DNA of 64,000 bases from Candidatus Latescibacterota bacterium (GTDB lineage Bacteria > Latescibacterota > UBA2968 > UBA8231), in assembly GCA_965203355.1 (NCBI GenBank), contig OZ241889.1:3744001-3808000 (forward strand), in the 5' to 3' direction. The first letter of the stretch is position 1. The number at the start of each line of letters is the position of its first letter. Below, piece after piece: positions 10,827-22,444 of this stretch. The notes under the pieces were generated by a model. It did not search any database, was not told the origin of the DNA, and saw only the letters and a list, made by a program, of their open reading frames with translations. Made by a program: the position numbers and the translations under genes.

Positions 10827-11554
10827 ATGGACCCCTTCACTTCTCACGTCTTACGTTACGGCGCGACGCCTCAGTAGTTCCCTTGCTCCAAGTCCTTCAA
10901 CCAGCGAATTCATCTGAGCGTCTTGCTGTAGATCACCGGCTGATCTGGACGGTCATTCCAGAAGAAGTGCGTACTGAAGTGGAGCAGAGCCGGACTGCCG
11001 GTACGCCTAAATCCGCGTTTCTTTGGCGGGCCGACCGCCAGCGCGGGCGGTATTATCTGCTCGGCCCCAAGCCTTTGGAAAATTCCTTCTTCACTATCGA
11101 GACGAAACCCTTCGAGCCGGCACTATCGCCCGGCGACAGATTAGCGTTTGATCTGCGCCTTAACGCTACAGTTGATCGCAAGGTTGGCGTGGATAGTAGG
11201 GGAAAGGCCATTCGGCAACGCTGCGATGTGGCTATGGACCTGCTCAAGGCGGAGGTGAAACTCGATCGCGCCGCGGCTCGGACGCGGTGCGCTAACAAGG
11301 CGGCCTACAACTGGCTAAAAACGCAGGCCGCGAAACACGGATTCCACCTTGATACTAACACCCTGCGGCTGATAGGCTATCGCGCCGAGCGTTTTGCGCG
11401 GCAGAGTGGGCGGTTCGGTACGTTGGGCATCTTCGATCTCAAAGGTGCCCTTATCATAAACGAACCCAATTTGTTTCTGTCCCGTCTTCGGCAAGGCTTT
11501 GGGCGTGGCAAGGCATTTGGCTGCGGCCTAATGCTCATACGCAGGATCGCTTGA
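10823..11554 (+). CDS. cas6e: Type I-E crRNA processing nuclease Cas6e (Cse3/CasE)
   Basis: HRLIW, F.LRLNAT, Gly-rich GFGRGKAFGCGLM; ATGA overlap with cas5. Confidence 0.96.
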   Translation: MNGPLHFSRLTLRRDASVVPLLQVLQPANSSERLAVDHRLIWTVIPEEVRTEVEQSRTAGTPKSAFLWRADRQRGRYYLLGPKPLENSFFTIETKPFEPALSPGDRLAFDLRLNATVDRKVGVDSRGKAIRQRCDVAMDLLKAEVKLDRAAARTRCANKAAYNWLKTQAAKHGFHLDTNTLRLIGYRAERFARQSGRFGTLGIFDLKGALIINEPNLFLSRLRQGFGRGKAFGCGLMLIRRIA

Positions 11555-12507
11555 TGGCTAGCCTTGACAGAATGCCGGGGGCTCCGCCCCCCAAACCCAT
11601 CCCCATAAAGGACCGTACCTCCATCGTTTTTGTGGAGAAAGGGCAACTCGACGTACTCGACGGGGCTTTTGTACTCGTAGATATAAAGGGAGTGCGGACA
11701 CACATCCCGGTCGGCGGGTTGGCTTGCATAATGCTTGAGCCAGGTGCTCGGATCAGTCATGCTGCGGTGGCACTCGCGGCCCGGGTTGGCACTTTGCTGA
11801 TATGGGTCGGCGAGGCCGGGGTGCGCATGTACGCGGCCGGTCAACCAGGAGGTGCCCGGTCCGACAGGCTCCTATGGCAGTGCCGACTCGCGCTTGATCC
11901 TGATGCTCGGCTAAAGATCGTGCGGCGAATGTATCAGATCCGATTTGGCGAGCGAGCACCGCAACGCCGTTCTATTGAGCAGCTTCGCGGAATCGAAGGA
12001 GTACGGGTGCGGACGCTTTATGAGAATTTAGCGCGTCAGTTTGGAGTACAGTGGAAAAGACGCAGTTACGATCCTTCGGATTGGAACTTCTCCGACGTGC
12101 CCAATCGCTGCCTTTCGGCTGCAACTGCTTGCCTCTACGGTATTACGGAAGCCGCTGTGCTCGCGGCTGGGTATGCTCCAGCAATCGGCTTTTTACATTC
12201 TGGTAAACCTCTCTCCTTCGTGTACGACATCGCCGATTTGTTCAAGTTTGAAACGGCAGTGTCAACAGCGTTTCGCATTGCGGGACAGTGCGAGAAGGGG
12301 CGTTTAAGTGCTGCTGAATCGGTGCGCACGGTGCGCTTGGCGTGTCGGGACACGTTCCGCAAAACCAATCTGCTCAAGCGACTGATTCCGACTATCGAAG
12401 ATGTGCTCTCAGCAGGGGAGTTGAAGCCGCCCGATCCGCCGAAAGATGCGGTAGGCCCGGCCTTTCCCGATCCATCTTTAAGCGGAGATGAGGGCCATAG
12501 AGGATGA
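11554..12507 (+). CDS. cas1: Type I-E Cas1 integrase
   Basis: PKPIPIKDR, LEPGARISH, LRGIEG.RVR, GFLHSG, FVYDIADL; exact start uncertain (11551/11554/11572). Confidence 0.97.
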   Translation: MASLDRMPGAPPPKPIPIKDRTSIVFVEKGQLDVLDGAFVLVDIKGVRTHIPVGGLACIMLEPGARISHAAVALAARVGTLLIWVGEAGVRMYAAGQPGGARSDRLLWQCRLALDPDARLKIVRRMYQIRFGERAPQRRSIEQLRGIEGVRVRTLYENLARQFGVQWKRRSYDPSDWNFSDVPNRCLSAATACLYGITEAAVLAAGYAPAIGFLHSGKPLSFVYDIADLFKFETAVSTAFRIAGQCEKGRLSAAESVRTVRLACRDTFRKTNLLKRLIPTIEDVLSAGELKPPDPPKDAVGPAFPDPSLSGDEGHRG

Positions 12508-12782
12508 TGGTAGTGGTAACCAATAATGTGCCGCCGCGTCTGCGAGGCCGGCTTGCGGTTTGGCTGCTAGAACTTCGGGCCGGTGTCTATATCGGCAACT
12601 ACTCGGCAAAGACTCGGGCCATGATCCGCGACAATGTGTACGAGCTCATCGGCGACGGTGATGCTGTGCTCGCGTGGGCCGCCCCCAATGACGCGGGGTT
12701 TGAATTTGAAACCTTTGGTACAAACCGCCGGGTACCCGTGGATTTCGATGGTCTTCGCCTCGTATCTTTTTTACCTAAATGA
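12504..12782 (+). CDS. cas2: Type I-E Cas2
   Basis: PPRLRGRLAVWLLELRAGVYIG, VDFDGLRLVSF. Confidence 0.97.
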   Translation: MMVVVTNNVPPRLRGRLAVWLLELRAGVYIGNYSAKTRAMIRDNVYELIGDGDAVLAWAAPNDAGFEFETFGTNRRVPVDFDGLRLVSFLPK

Positions 12783-12885
12783 GTCTTTTCTCGGCAGACG
12801 TGAGATGGTGAATCAAGGAATAAATAGTCGGTACCTATTTTGAACAGTATATAACCTAAACTGTAGCAGTCAGTTACAATTATGT
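12783..12885 (+). promoter_or_regulatory. CRISPR leader
   Basis: AT-rich ~100 bp between cas2 and the first repeat, with a possible IHF-like site (TAGCAGTCAGTTA) near the repeat. Confidence 0.8.
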
Positions 12886-15800
12886 ATGTTCCCCGCACAC
12901 GCGGGGATGAGCCGACGGTCCCAGTCCACCGTTTCGGGCATTTGGGATGTTCCCCGCACACGCGGGGATGAGCCGGATGCGATTAGCACTACGCTCTACA
13001 CCGCGCCATGTTCCCCGCACACGCGGGGATGAGCCGGTGAAATAGATGAAAACCAGAACGCAAACAACATGTTCCCCGCACACGCGGGGATGAGCCGTCG
13101 GCATTGTTCCAATAGATACGGATGGCTCCATGTTCCCCGCACACGCGGGGATGAGCCGCAGCGGCTTTGGGCGCAAAACCCGGAGGTCAAATGTTCCCCG
13201 CACACGCGGGGATGAGCCGTGTTTTTTTTTCCCCCCGTCGACGGGGCGCGTATGTTCCCCGCACACGCGGGGATGAGCCGTCCGGCGAACTGGCTCAAAA
13301 TATGCCCGCTATATGTTCCCCGCACACGCGGGGATGAGCCGGCTGGAGCACTCCGGCTGCCTCTCTGGTACTCATGTTCCCCGCACACGCGGGGATGAGC
13401 CGGTTCATGTCGACCACATCGTCCCGCGCTCGCAATGTTCCCCGCACACGCGGGGATGAGCCATTGTAGATCCTGTAGATCCAATTGGGTCATGAATGTT
13501 CCCCGCACACGCGGGGATGAGCCTATACACAGCGCATTACGGGGCGCAAGTGTTTTATGTTCCCCGCACACGCGGGGATGAGCCGGAAAATAGTGCCCTT
13601 CCGTTTATCGACAAGGGATGTTCCCCGCACACGCGGGGATGAGCCGGACACGCTCCAGACCCGCACGGCCGTGACCGTATGTTCCCCGCACACGCGGGGA
13701 TGAGCCGGGTACGATAGCCCCGTTGGCGTCGGTTACCGGATGTTCCCCGCACACGCGGGGATGAGCCGCCATTGAGTATAAACCCGAAGAAGAAGATGGA
13801 ATGTTCCCCGCACACGCGGGGATGAGCCGGTGGTGCGCCCGGCCGTCAAGGACGTGATGCGATGTTCCCCGCACACGCGGGGATGAGCCGGATGTTATTG
13901 GCGATCTCGCCGGCATTAGCTCATGTTCCCCGCACACGCGGGGATGAGCCGGTATGGGAGTTCATCGGCGTTTTAGGCGAGGGATGTTCCCCGCACACGC
14001 GGGGATGAGCCGGCCACCTGCATCTGCATATGCTCTCTATCCATATGTTCCCCGCACACGCGGGGATGAGCCGCAGTACGTCCTGGGCTCTATTATCGAG
14101 GATCCATGTTCCCCGCACACGCGGGGATGAGCCGAACAGCGAGGGGCTGTTGGTCAACTATGCTTTATGTTCCCCGCACACGCGGGGATGAGCCGTCGTG
14201 CCTGGGTAGAGAATGTTCATCTCCGAGATGTTCCCCGCACACGCGGGGATGAGCCGCCCATCGTACCGCTTGTAATGCCATCGCCGCGATGTTCCCCGCA
14301 CACGCGGGGATGAGCCGAGGATATGCCCGAAGGAAACCCACCTGAGGATATGTTCCCCGCACACGCGGGGATGAGCCGGCCCCGAAGAAATCGTCAGGGT
14401 CCGGTGACGCATGTTCCCCGCACACGCGGGGATGAGCCGGCTCTCTCGGTAGACGTGCCGATATTACGACCATGTTCCCCGCACACGCGGGGATGAGCCG
14501 TAGCCAGGCGCGCGCGCAAAAATGCGCGCACGATGTTCCCCGCACACGCGGGGATGAGCCGTGGGATAGGGTTCGTCGTCATCGTCCGCAAAAATGTTCC
14601 CCGCACACGCGGGGATGAGCCGTGTATCGGGTCATGATTACCTCCTGCTATCGGATGTTCCCCGCACACGCGGGGATGAGCCGGCGCTGGTATAGGCCGT
14701 CGGGCAATCCCGCCCATGTTCCCCGCACACGCGGGGATGAGCCGACGCTGACCGCCACTGTAATCGTCGTCGTCGTATGTTCCCCGCACACGCGGGGATG
14801 AGCCGTGGCCCGCCGGTCGCCATTCTATTTTCAGCGAATGTTCCCCGCACACGCGGGGATGAGCCGGCCATTGGCCGACGCCTAGATGCAGTTCTTGAAT
14901 GTTCCCCGCACACGCGGGGATGAGCCGCACCACGCTTTTGAGAACTGCCATCTAACTACATGTTCCCCGCACACGCGGGGATGAGCCGCCGGCGCCACAG
15001 AACAAGCGTCGTCCGTCGAAATGTTCCCCGCACACGCGGGGATGAGCCGCCGCCAGGCACGCAGACCCATACACCGAGTATATGTTCCCCGCACACGCGG
15101 GGATGAGCCGAGTATGCCGACTTGGAAACGGAATGTTGGGCGATGTTCCCCGCACACGCGGGGATGAGCCGAGGGCGATGCCTACGATGGCTTGTTGGCT
15201 CTGATGTTCCCCGCACACGCGGGGATGAGCCATCACCGGGCTAGCTTCGTCGGGCAATACGGTCATGTTCCCCGCACACGCGGGGATGAGCCGTCTTTCG
15301 GCAAATCCACAGTCGAACGCTAATTATGTTCCCCGCACACGCGGGGATGAGCCGGCCAGTCAGGTCGGCGGAGTGCCTTGGCAAATATGTTCCCCGCACA
15401 CGCGGGGATGAGCCGGCCATGTCGAGCGCGGTGCGTTGACGCCGACCATGTTCCCCGCACACGCGGGGATGAGCCGGCGACCAACGCCGCGGATGCCAAT
15501 GACTACGAATGTTCCCCGCACACGCGGGGATGAGCCGGAGAAATCTATGTCCAGGTTTAATCGTCGGCGATGTTCCCCGCACACGCGGGGATGAGCCGCA
15601 CGGCCGCACAATCGCGGATATAACGCCCTCATGTTCCCCGCACACGCGGGGATGAGCCGCCGCCAAGCCCAAGCCAAGCCAAGCCAAGCCCAATGTTCCC
15701 CGCACACGCGGGGATGAGCCGCCGCCTACCAAGCCGCCAAGCCCGCCAAGCCAATGTTCCCCGCACACGCGGGGATGAGCCGCGGAATTTGACCACTACC

Positions 15801-18800
15801 ACATCCGCTTGGAGATGTTCCCCGCACACGCGGGGATGAGCCGGTCTGGTGAGATGCTCGGGAGCAAAAAGAAGAATGTTCCCCGCACACGCGGGGATGA
15901 GCCGGCTGGAGGTACTCGGGAGACACCACCCAGGACATGTTCCCCGCACACGCGGGGATGAGCCGTAGCGACTTGGTAGCGGCTTGGCGGCTTGGCGGGC
16001 TTGGCTTGGATGTTCCCCGCACACGCGGGGATGAGCCGACTTGGTCGCGGAGGTTACTGATTACGCGTATATGTTCCCCGCACACGCGGGGATGAGCCGC
16101 GCCATCCCAAGCCCAAGACCACGCCCAAGCCATGTTCCCCGCACACGCGGGGATGAGCCGCGCCAAGCCCCAAGCCAGCCAATAGCCAAGCCATGTTCCC
16201 CGCACACGCGGGGATGAGCCGTATCGGCTCGACCAGGAAGCCGACCCGACTAAATGTTCCCCGCACACGCGGGGATGAGCCGTAGAAATGTGCTCCGATT
16301 GTCTCTGCCCTGGAATGTTCCCCGCACACGCGGGGATGAGCCGTCTTTGATGTCTTTCTTTTTGTCTTTCTCGTGATGTTCCCCGCACACGCGGGGATGA
16401 GCCGAGGCAAACAGCGAAACGGCTATGGTCGCTGACATGTTCCCCGCACACGCGGGGATGAGCCGACGTCGCGCGGCGTTCAACTTTGGTTTGTCGGATG
16501 TTCCCCGCACACGCGGGGATGAGCCGAAGTCCTTGTTCGTCTTCTCCGTGTTGCTCTGATGTTCCCCGCACACGCGGGGATGAGCCAGGTGCTGTCGGAA
16601 TCCGGCTCGGCGTTGAAAAATGTTCCCCGCACACGCGGGGATGAGCCGATGAACCCGATTACCCCCCCCACATATCGCGTATGTTCCCCGCACACGCGGG
16701 GATGAGCCGGATGCCCTCGGTCGCCGACAAGATAGGCCGCGATGTTCCCCGCACACGCGGGGATGAGCCGCTCAACAAAAGGAGAATTTGTTCTCGGATG
16801 AAATGTTCCCCGCACACGCGGGGATGAGCCGTTGGCCTTGACGCAGTTGGAGTGTGCGCCCGAATGTTCCCCGCACACGCGGGGATGAGCCGGTCTTGCT
16901 TTCACCCTGATTTGAGACCTTCACATGTTCCCCGCACACGCGGGGATGAGCCGGTCGGCGTCGTCTTGGTCGCCGAACGTTGGTAATGTTCCCCGCACAC
17001 GCGGGGATGAGCCGGCGTGGTAGACGGCGGTGGCGGCCCCCACGGCATGTTCCCCGCACACGCGGGGATGAGCCGACGATGGGCGTGACATCATCGGAGA
17101 CATTGATATGTTCCCCGCACACGCGGGGATGAGCCGTCTGTCAACAAAAAAGATCATCTCATCGCGGAATGTTCCCCGCACACGCGGGGATGAGCCGTCT
17201 ACGTTAATTGCCGCTCTGGCCCCTAAAGGATGTTCCCCGCACACGCGGGGATGAGCCGGCGTACCATGTTGATCTTGCGGCGCGTGGTCAATGTTCCCCG
17301 CACACGCGGGGATGAGCCGGCGCCAGGGCCAATGACAACGCACAGGATCCGATGTTCCCCGCACACGCGGGGATGAGCCGCTCTCGACGCCCGGTCGTCT
17401 TGTTACCCTAAAATGTTCCCCGCACACGCGGGGATGAGCCGTTGAAGCTGAACGGACGGTCGTGGTCCGGCTTATGTTCCCCGCACACGCGGGGATGAGC
17501 CGTTTTCATTGATTCGCCTATTGGTACTCCGCTTATGTTCCCCGCACACGCGGGGATGAGCCGTTATTGTCCACCCCGCGCCTATCGTCCTGCCGATGTT
17601 CCCCGCACACGCGGGGATGAGCCGTCCACGGACCTGCTACCCCATTCACACGAAAGATGTTCCCCGCACACGCGGGGATGAGCCGGTTTGATGGGTTAGT
17701 TTCTTCGGCAAAAAGAAATGTTCCCCGCACACGCGGGGATGAGCCGCTCCGGATCAAAATCCGCCGCGCGACGGCGACATGTTCCCCGCACACGCGGGGA
17801 TGAGCCGGGTAAAGATCGCGTCCCGCCAGGTTACAAGGGATGTTCCCCGCACACGCGGGGATGAGCCAACTTCGAGATCAACCCAGAGGTTAGGGACAAG
17901 ATGTTCCCCGCACACGCGGGGATGAGCCGCTTGACCGGGAGGGCTCGGCCACCGCCACCATATGTTCCCCGCACACGCGGGGATGAGCCGCCGACACGTT
18001 CATTTTCCCGTTCTGGGTCTTCATGTTCCCCGCACACGCGGGGATGAGCCGTCCTTCCGCGCCGCCTGGCGGCGCTGGCCGACATGTTCCCCGCACACGC
18101 GGGGATGAGCCGCGCGGCTCTCTCCGACCCGGATCGAAAATACCATGTTCCCCGCACACGCGGGGATGAGCCTCCCCCAGCGCCCGGACGACCTCGGCGA
18201 TCAGGATGTTCCCCGCACACGCGGGGATGAGCCGTCAACGCCAAGGCGGGCGGCCGCCGCTTCGACATGTTCCCCGCACACGCGGGGATGAGCCGGCTCC
18301 GCCGGAGCGATCGCAATGACCTGCCGCATGTTCCCCGCACACGCGGGGATGAGCCGCCGCAGCTTTCAAATCGTAAAATGCATCAGTAATGTTCCCCGCA
18401 CACGCGGGGATGAGCCGACTACTACAACGATGTTCTCCAGATGGGCTGGATGTTCCCCGCACACGCGGGGATGAGCCGACCGGGCGCCTTGGTCGAAGAG
18501 GCCGTGTTCTATGTTCCCCGCACACGCGGGGATGAGCCGTGATACATGGTAAACGTCTTTTTAAGAGGCACATGTTCCCCGCACACGCGGGGATGAGCCG
18601 TCTCGGTGAGAATAAAACCCTTTTTGCCAGCAATGTTCCCCGCACACGCGGGGATGAGCCGCCGGCGTTGTAGCTGGCGAGGGCCCAATGGAGATGTTCC
18701 CCGCACACGCGGGGATGAGCCGCTATAGCGCGTCATAATAGCCCTCCTCGACTAATGTTCCCCGCACACGCGGGGATGAGCCGACGATGGTTCTGAGTCG

Positions 18801-19944
18801 CCGTTGCATGATGCGATGTTCCCCGCACACGCGGGGATGAGCCGCCCCTACATTTTTTCATCGTTTTGCTGCGCTCATGTTCCCCGCACACGCGGGGATG
18901 AGCCGGAACCGAAGGCATGAGCGAAACACTGGACCTAATGTTCCCCGCACACGCGGGGATGAGCCGCCTGCTCTAGCCCTTCCTCATGTGATAAAGGCAT
19001 GTTCCCCGCACACGCGGGGATGAGCCGCCTAGCCCCGTCGTTAGGCCTATCGTTGCCACCATGTTCCCCGCACACGCGGGGATGAGCCGGAGTTCCTGAT
19101 GTACGTACAACCCCAAATCGTATGTTCCCCGCACACGCGGGGATGAGCCGTCGGTGAGCTTGTCAAGCGAACCTTCCAAATAATGTTCCCCGCACACGCG
19201 GGGATGAGCCGGAAATCATCTGTTCGTTGAGTTGGGTCTCCGTATGTTCCCCGCACACGCGGGGATGAGCCGACAATGGATCGCCGATTTGAGGTCGGCG
19301 GGGCATGTTCCCCGCACACGCGGGGATGAGCCGGACGGCTTATCTCGCGCCGAATTCGCATTTTTGATGTTCCCCGCACACGCGGGGATGAGCCGCTGGT
19401 GGCTGGACCTGGAATCAAGACGCTCAAATGTTCCCCGCACACGCGGGGATGAGCCGGCGAGTACGCCGCGCAGCCAACTTAGCTTCAGATGTTCCCCGCA
19501 CACGCGGGGATGAGCCGTCAGTTTATCGCACTGAGACTTAGTAATACCAATGTTCCCCGCACACGCGGGGATGAGCCGCCGATGAAACTGCCGAAACATC
19601 TGGCTTAATCATGTTCCCCGCACACGCGGGGATGAGCCGCCAGCTTGGTATGCTCGACAAAGCCTATAACGATGTTCCCCGCACACGCGGGGATGAGCCG
19701 TGTGGGAAGTTGACGCGCATATCCATAACGCGATGTTCCCCGCACACGCGGGGATGAGCCGTGTTCTCGTGAGTTGCACAAGCGACAAGTCCTATGTTCC
19801 CCGCACACGCGGGGATGAGCCAGGGCTTGGATAATGGCCGACTCAGAGCCGGTCATGTTCCCCGCACACGCGGGGATGAGCCGCAAGACTGGTAAGTCGT
19901 TGTGCGACAACAACTATGTTCCCCGCACACGCGGGGATGAGCCG
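12886..19944 (+). CRISPR. Type I-E CRISPR array, ~116 repeats ATGTTCCCCGCACACGCGGGGATGAGCCG with mostly 32-bp spacers
   Basis: 29-bp repeat with CCCCGC/GCGGGG palindrome recurring at a 61-bp period from 12886 to 19916; count estimated from length/period. Confidence 0.99.
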
Positions 19945-19960
19945 GTGAGTCAATGAATAG

Positions 19961-20101
19961 GCGAAGTCTTGGCTAGAACCACAGATTGAGTTGGCCCGTA
20001 ACTACAGGTTATCGCGCCCCCAACTCAGAGAAATAGAGCAGATTATCGAGGAGCACTACGATGAACTCAGAACAGCTTGGCAAGATCACTTCGGACGTTG
20101 A
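19961..20101 (+). pseudogene. 3' remnant of a DUF4160-family (DhiT-like) toxin gene
   Basis: Reads AKSWLEPQIELARNYRLSRPQLREIEQIIEEHYDELRTAWQDHFGR*; no start, preceded by TAG and the array; overlaps the DUF2442 gene as in the usual pair. Confidence 0.75.
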
Positions 20102-20339
20102 AGTAACCAACATATCAACGCATGGGATATGGCTTCTCGTCAATGAGCGGGAATTTTTCCTTTCTTATGAGGATTTCCCTTGGTTCAAAGAGGTTCCGAT
20201 TGGGAACATCCTCCAAGTTGATCAGCCGACGCCCGGACACTTCTATTGGCCGGATCTGGACGTAGATCTGGGGCTAGAATCCATTGAGCACCCGGAAAGA
20301 TTTCCATTGAAAGCCAAAGTATCGCAGAAGCGCGTATAA
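20061..20339 (+). CDS. DUF2442-family antitoxin-like protein
   Basis: VEVTNISTHGIWLL...FLSYEDFPWF...YWPDLDVDL pattern; GAGGAG RBS. Confidence 0.85.
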   Translation: MNSEQLGKITSDVEVTNISTHGIWLLVNEREFFLSYEDFPWFKEVPIGNILQVDQPTPGHFYWPDLDVDLGLESIEHPERFPLKAKVSQKRV

Positions 20340-20425
20340 AATCGCCACACGAACCAAGCCGTACAAACCGCTCAATCGAATCCACCCCAACCCAATCACA
20401 ACGCATTTTTCCGCCAGGAGACCCC

Positions 20426-21421
20426 ATGATCCGCATGGCCCAATACGGCACCAAGCACGGTCACGCCGCCGGTAAACTCAAGGCAATGCTCAGCAACCCC
20501 GAGGTCGAAGTCGTCGGCTTGTACGAACCCGACGCCACGCGCCTCCAGCAAGTTGCCGACGCCGAACCCTATCGACAGGTCCGCTTCTTGGCCCGCGAGC
20601 AAGACCTGCTCGGCGATAGCTCCATTGTCGCGGTCGCCTCCGAGGGGCGCAACGACGAGAGCTTGGACCAGACCGAGCGCATCGTCCAAGCCGGCAAGCA
20701 CGTGTGGTACGACAAGCCAGCCGGAGACGACTGGGCACAGTGGCAGCGAGTTGTCGCGCAGGCGCGGGCCGCCAACCTGCAAGTGCAAATGGGCTTTATG
20801 CTGCGCTATCACCCGGGCTTCAGCCAGATTGCCGAGTGGGCGCGGGCGGGGTTTTTGGGCAACGTCTATTCAGTGCGTGCCCACATGTCCACCAACATCC
20901 CGACAGCCGGGCGCGAAGTAATCGCCGCCGGGCATCACGGCGGCATCTTCTACGATTTGGCTGGGCACATGCTCGATCAAGTGGTGTGGATGCTGGGGCG
21001 GCCCAAAAAGGTGACGACCTTTCTCCGCAATGACACCGGCGTCGTGCCCGCGTTTCAGGACAACACACTCGGCGTTTTTGAATACGAACGGGCCATGGCT
21101 TGGGTCGATATTTCCGCCATGGAACCCCAGCCGATGGCGCGGCGCTTTGAAGTCTATGGCGACCGCGGCAGCGCGATCCTGCTCGAACCTTTTGAGCCGG
21201 GCCACGCCATCCGGCTCTGTCTGACCGAAGCCACCGCCGGCTATGCGCGGGGCGAACAGATGGTTCCTTTTGCCGGAATCTCGCGGCAGGGACTCTACGA
21301 ACTCGAATTGGCGTCTTTGCTAAGGGTGCTCAAAGGCGAACGCGAACCCGACCGCTCACTCGACCACGAACTCCTCGTGCAAGAGACCTTGCTCCGCGGG
21401 ACCGGGCTTATCGCGGATTGA
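20426..21421 (+). CDS. Gfo/Idh/MocA family oxidoreductase
   Basis: GKHVWYDKP, GFMLRYHP, GG.FYDLAGHMLD. Confidence 0.88.
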   Translation: MIRMAQYGTKHGHAAGKLKAMLSNPEVEVVGLYEPDATRLQQVADAEPYRQVRFLAREQDLLGDSSIVAVASEGRNDESLDQTERIVQAGKHVWYDKPAGDDWAQWQRVVAQARAANLQVQMGFMLRYHPGFSQIAEWARAGFLGNVYSVRAHMSTNIPTAGREVIAAGHHGGIFYDLAGHMLDQVVWMLGRPKKVTTFLRNDTGVVPAFQDNTLGVFEYERAMAWVDISAMEPQPMARRFEVYGDRGSAILLEPFEPGHAIRLCLTEATAGYARGEQMVPFAGISRQGLYELELASLLRVLKGEREPDRSLDHELLVQETLLRGTGLIAD

Positions 21422-22403
21422 GCCATGCCTCGGCAATCACGCGCTTGATCGGCGGAATCGCCAACTGGAAATTGCGGCCGACCGGGCGCGGATGCGGAAA
21501 CCACTTCCACAGCAAGGCACCCACGACGCGCGGCTCGGCGGCCATGGCGTCAAGCGCGGCGCGCATACAAGCCGCTTGCACGGGGAGCGCGTCCTCGCCA
21601 TCCACCGGATACGCCCACGGCGCCAGCGGTGCTTGGTGCGACTGGTTGTAGCCCAGCTCGGTAAAGAGGATCGCGCGGTTGTGCAACGCGCCAAAGGCCC
21701 GCAACTCCCGCATGCGCTCTGCCCAGCCAGCGCGGATATCCTCGTCGTCGTAGGCTGGATCGTCGGTGAGGGGAAAATAGGCCTGAATGCCAATGACATC
21801 GAGCGCATCCCAGAAGGGCACCTCGCGGTAGTCAGTCCAATTAGCCGCATAGGTCAGGGGCGCGTCGGTGTGCTGGCGGACCGCGGCGATCAGCGCCCGC
21901 CATTCCTCCTCAAAGGTCAACGTGCGATCCAGCTCCGTGCCAACGACGAAGCCGTCGGCCTCCCAGCAGACAGTCGCCAACAGGGCGATCCACGCCCGAT
22001 AGTCCCGCCAAAATCGCTGCCAATCCTCGGCGCGGTCAAAGGCGATTTCGCCGCGCCAAGAAAAGGGCGAGCGCCAATAGGCGATGTGCGGCTTGATGCA
22101 GATGCGCAAGCCCAAGCGATGGGCCTCGCGGATGGGGCGCACGATATGGGCTGGCGGATCGGCTGGATCCATGGCCGGCCACTGGAGCGTCCCGTCGGCG
22201 CGGATGCTGGCGTAGGGATGAATCGCCACCCAGTTAGCCCCGACAGCGCGAATAGCTTCTAGCGTCGGCACGATAGCGTCATCGCCCCAGTCGCGGCCCA
22301 GGCCGTGCGTGGAGATGGTGATGCCGCGGACTTCGGCGTCATTGGCCAAGGCCAATCCAGCGAAGATGAAGGCCAAGACGAGGGCGTTGCGATAATGGAC
22401 CAT
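21408..22403 (-). CDS. Secreted glycoside hydrolase, GH113-like TIM barrel
   Basis: Signal peptide after ATG 22403; IKPHI, VGTEL, TYAANW, FWDALDVIGIQAYFPL, FTELGY. Confidence 0.8.
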   Translation of the reverse strand: MVHYRNALVLAFIFAGLALANDAEVRGITISTHGLGRDWGDDAIVPTLEAIRAVGANWVAIHPYASIRADGTLQWPAMDPADPPAHIVRPIREAHRLGLRICIKPHIAYWRSPFSWRGEIAFDRAEDWQRFWRDYRAWIALLATVCWEADGFVVGTELDRTLTFEEEWRALIAAVRQHTDAPLTYAANWTDYREVPFWDALDVIGIQAYFPLTDDPAYDDEDIRAGWAERMRELRAFGALHNRAILFTELGYNQSHQAPLAPWAYPVDGEDALPVQAACMRAALDAMAAEPRVVGALLWKWFPHPRPVGRNFQLAIPPIKRVIAEAWLNPR

Positions 22404-22444
22404 ACATATTGAATATAGAGAGCCACTATACTGGAGACAGCACC

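Noticed and set aside
12599-19913. Numerous minus-strand ORFs with repeating GSSPRVRGT / RLIPACAGN / AHPRVCGEH peptides
   Set aside because: They are translations of the CRISPR repeat, not genes.
12886-19944. Self-targeting spacers matching this window
   Set aside because: None recognised by eye; a proper alignment was not possible, so no claim is made.
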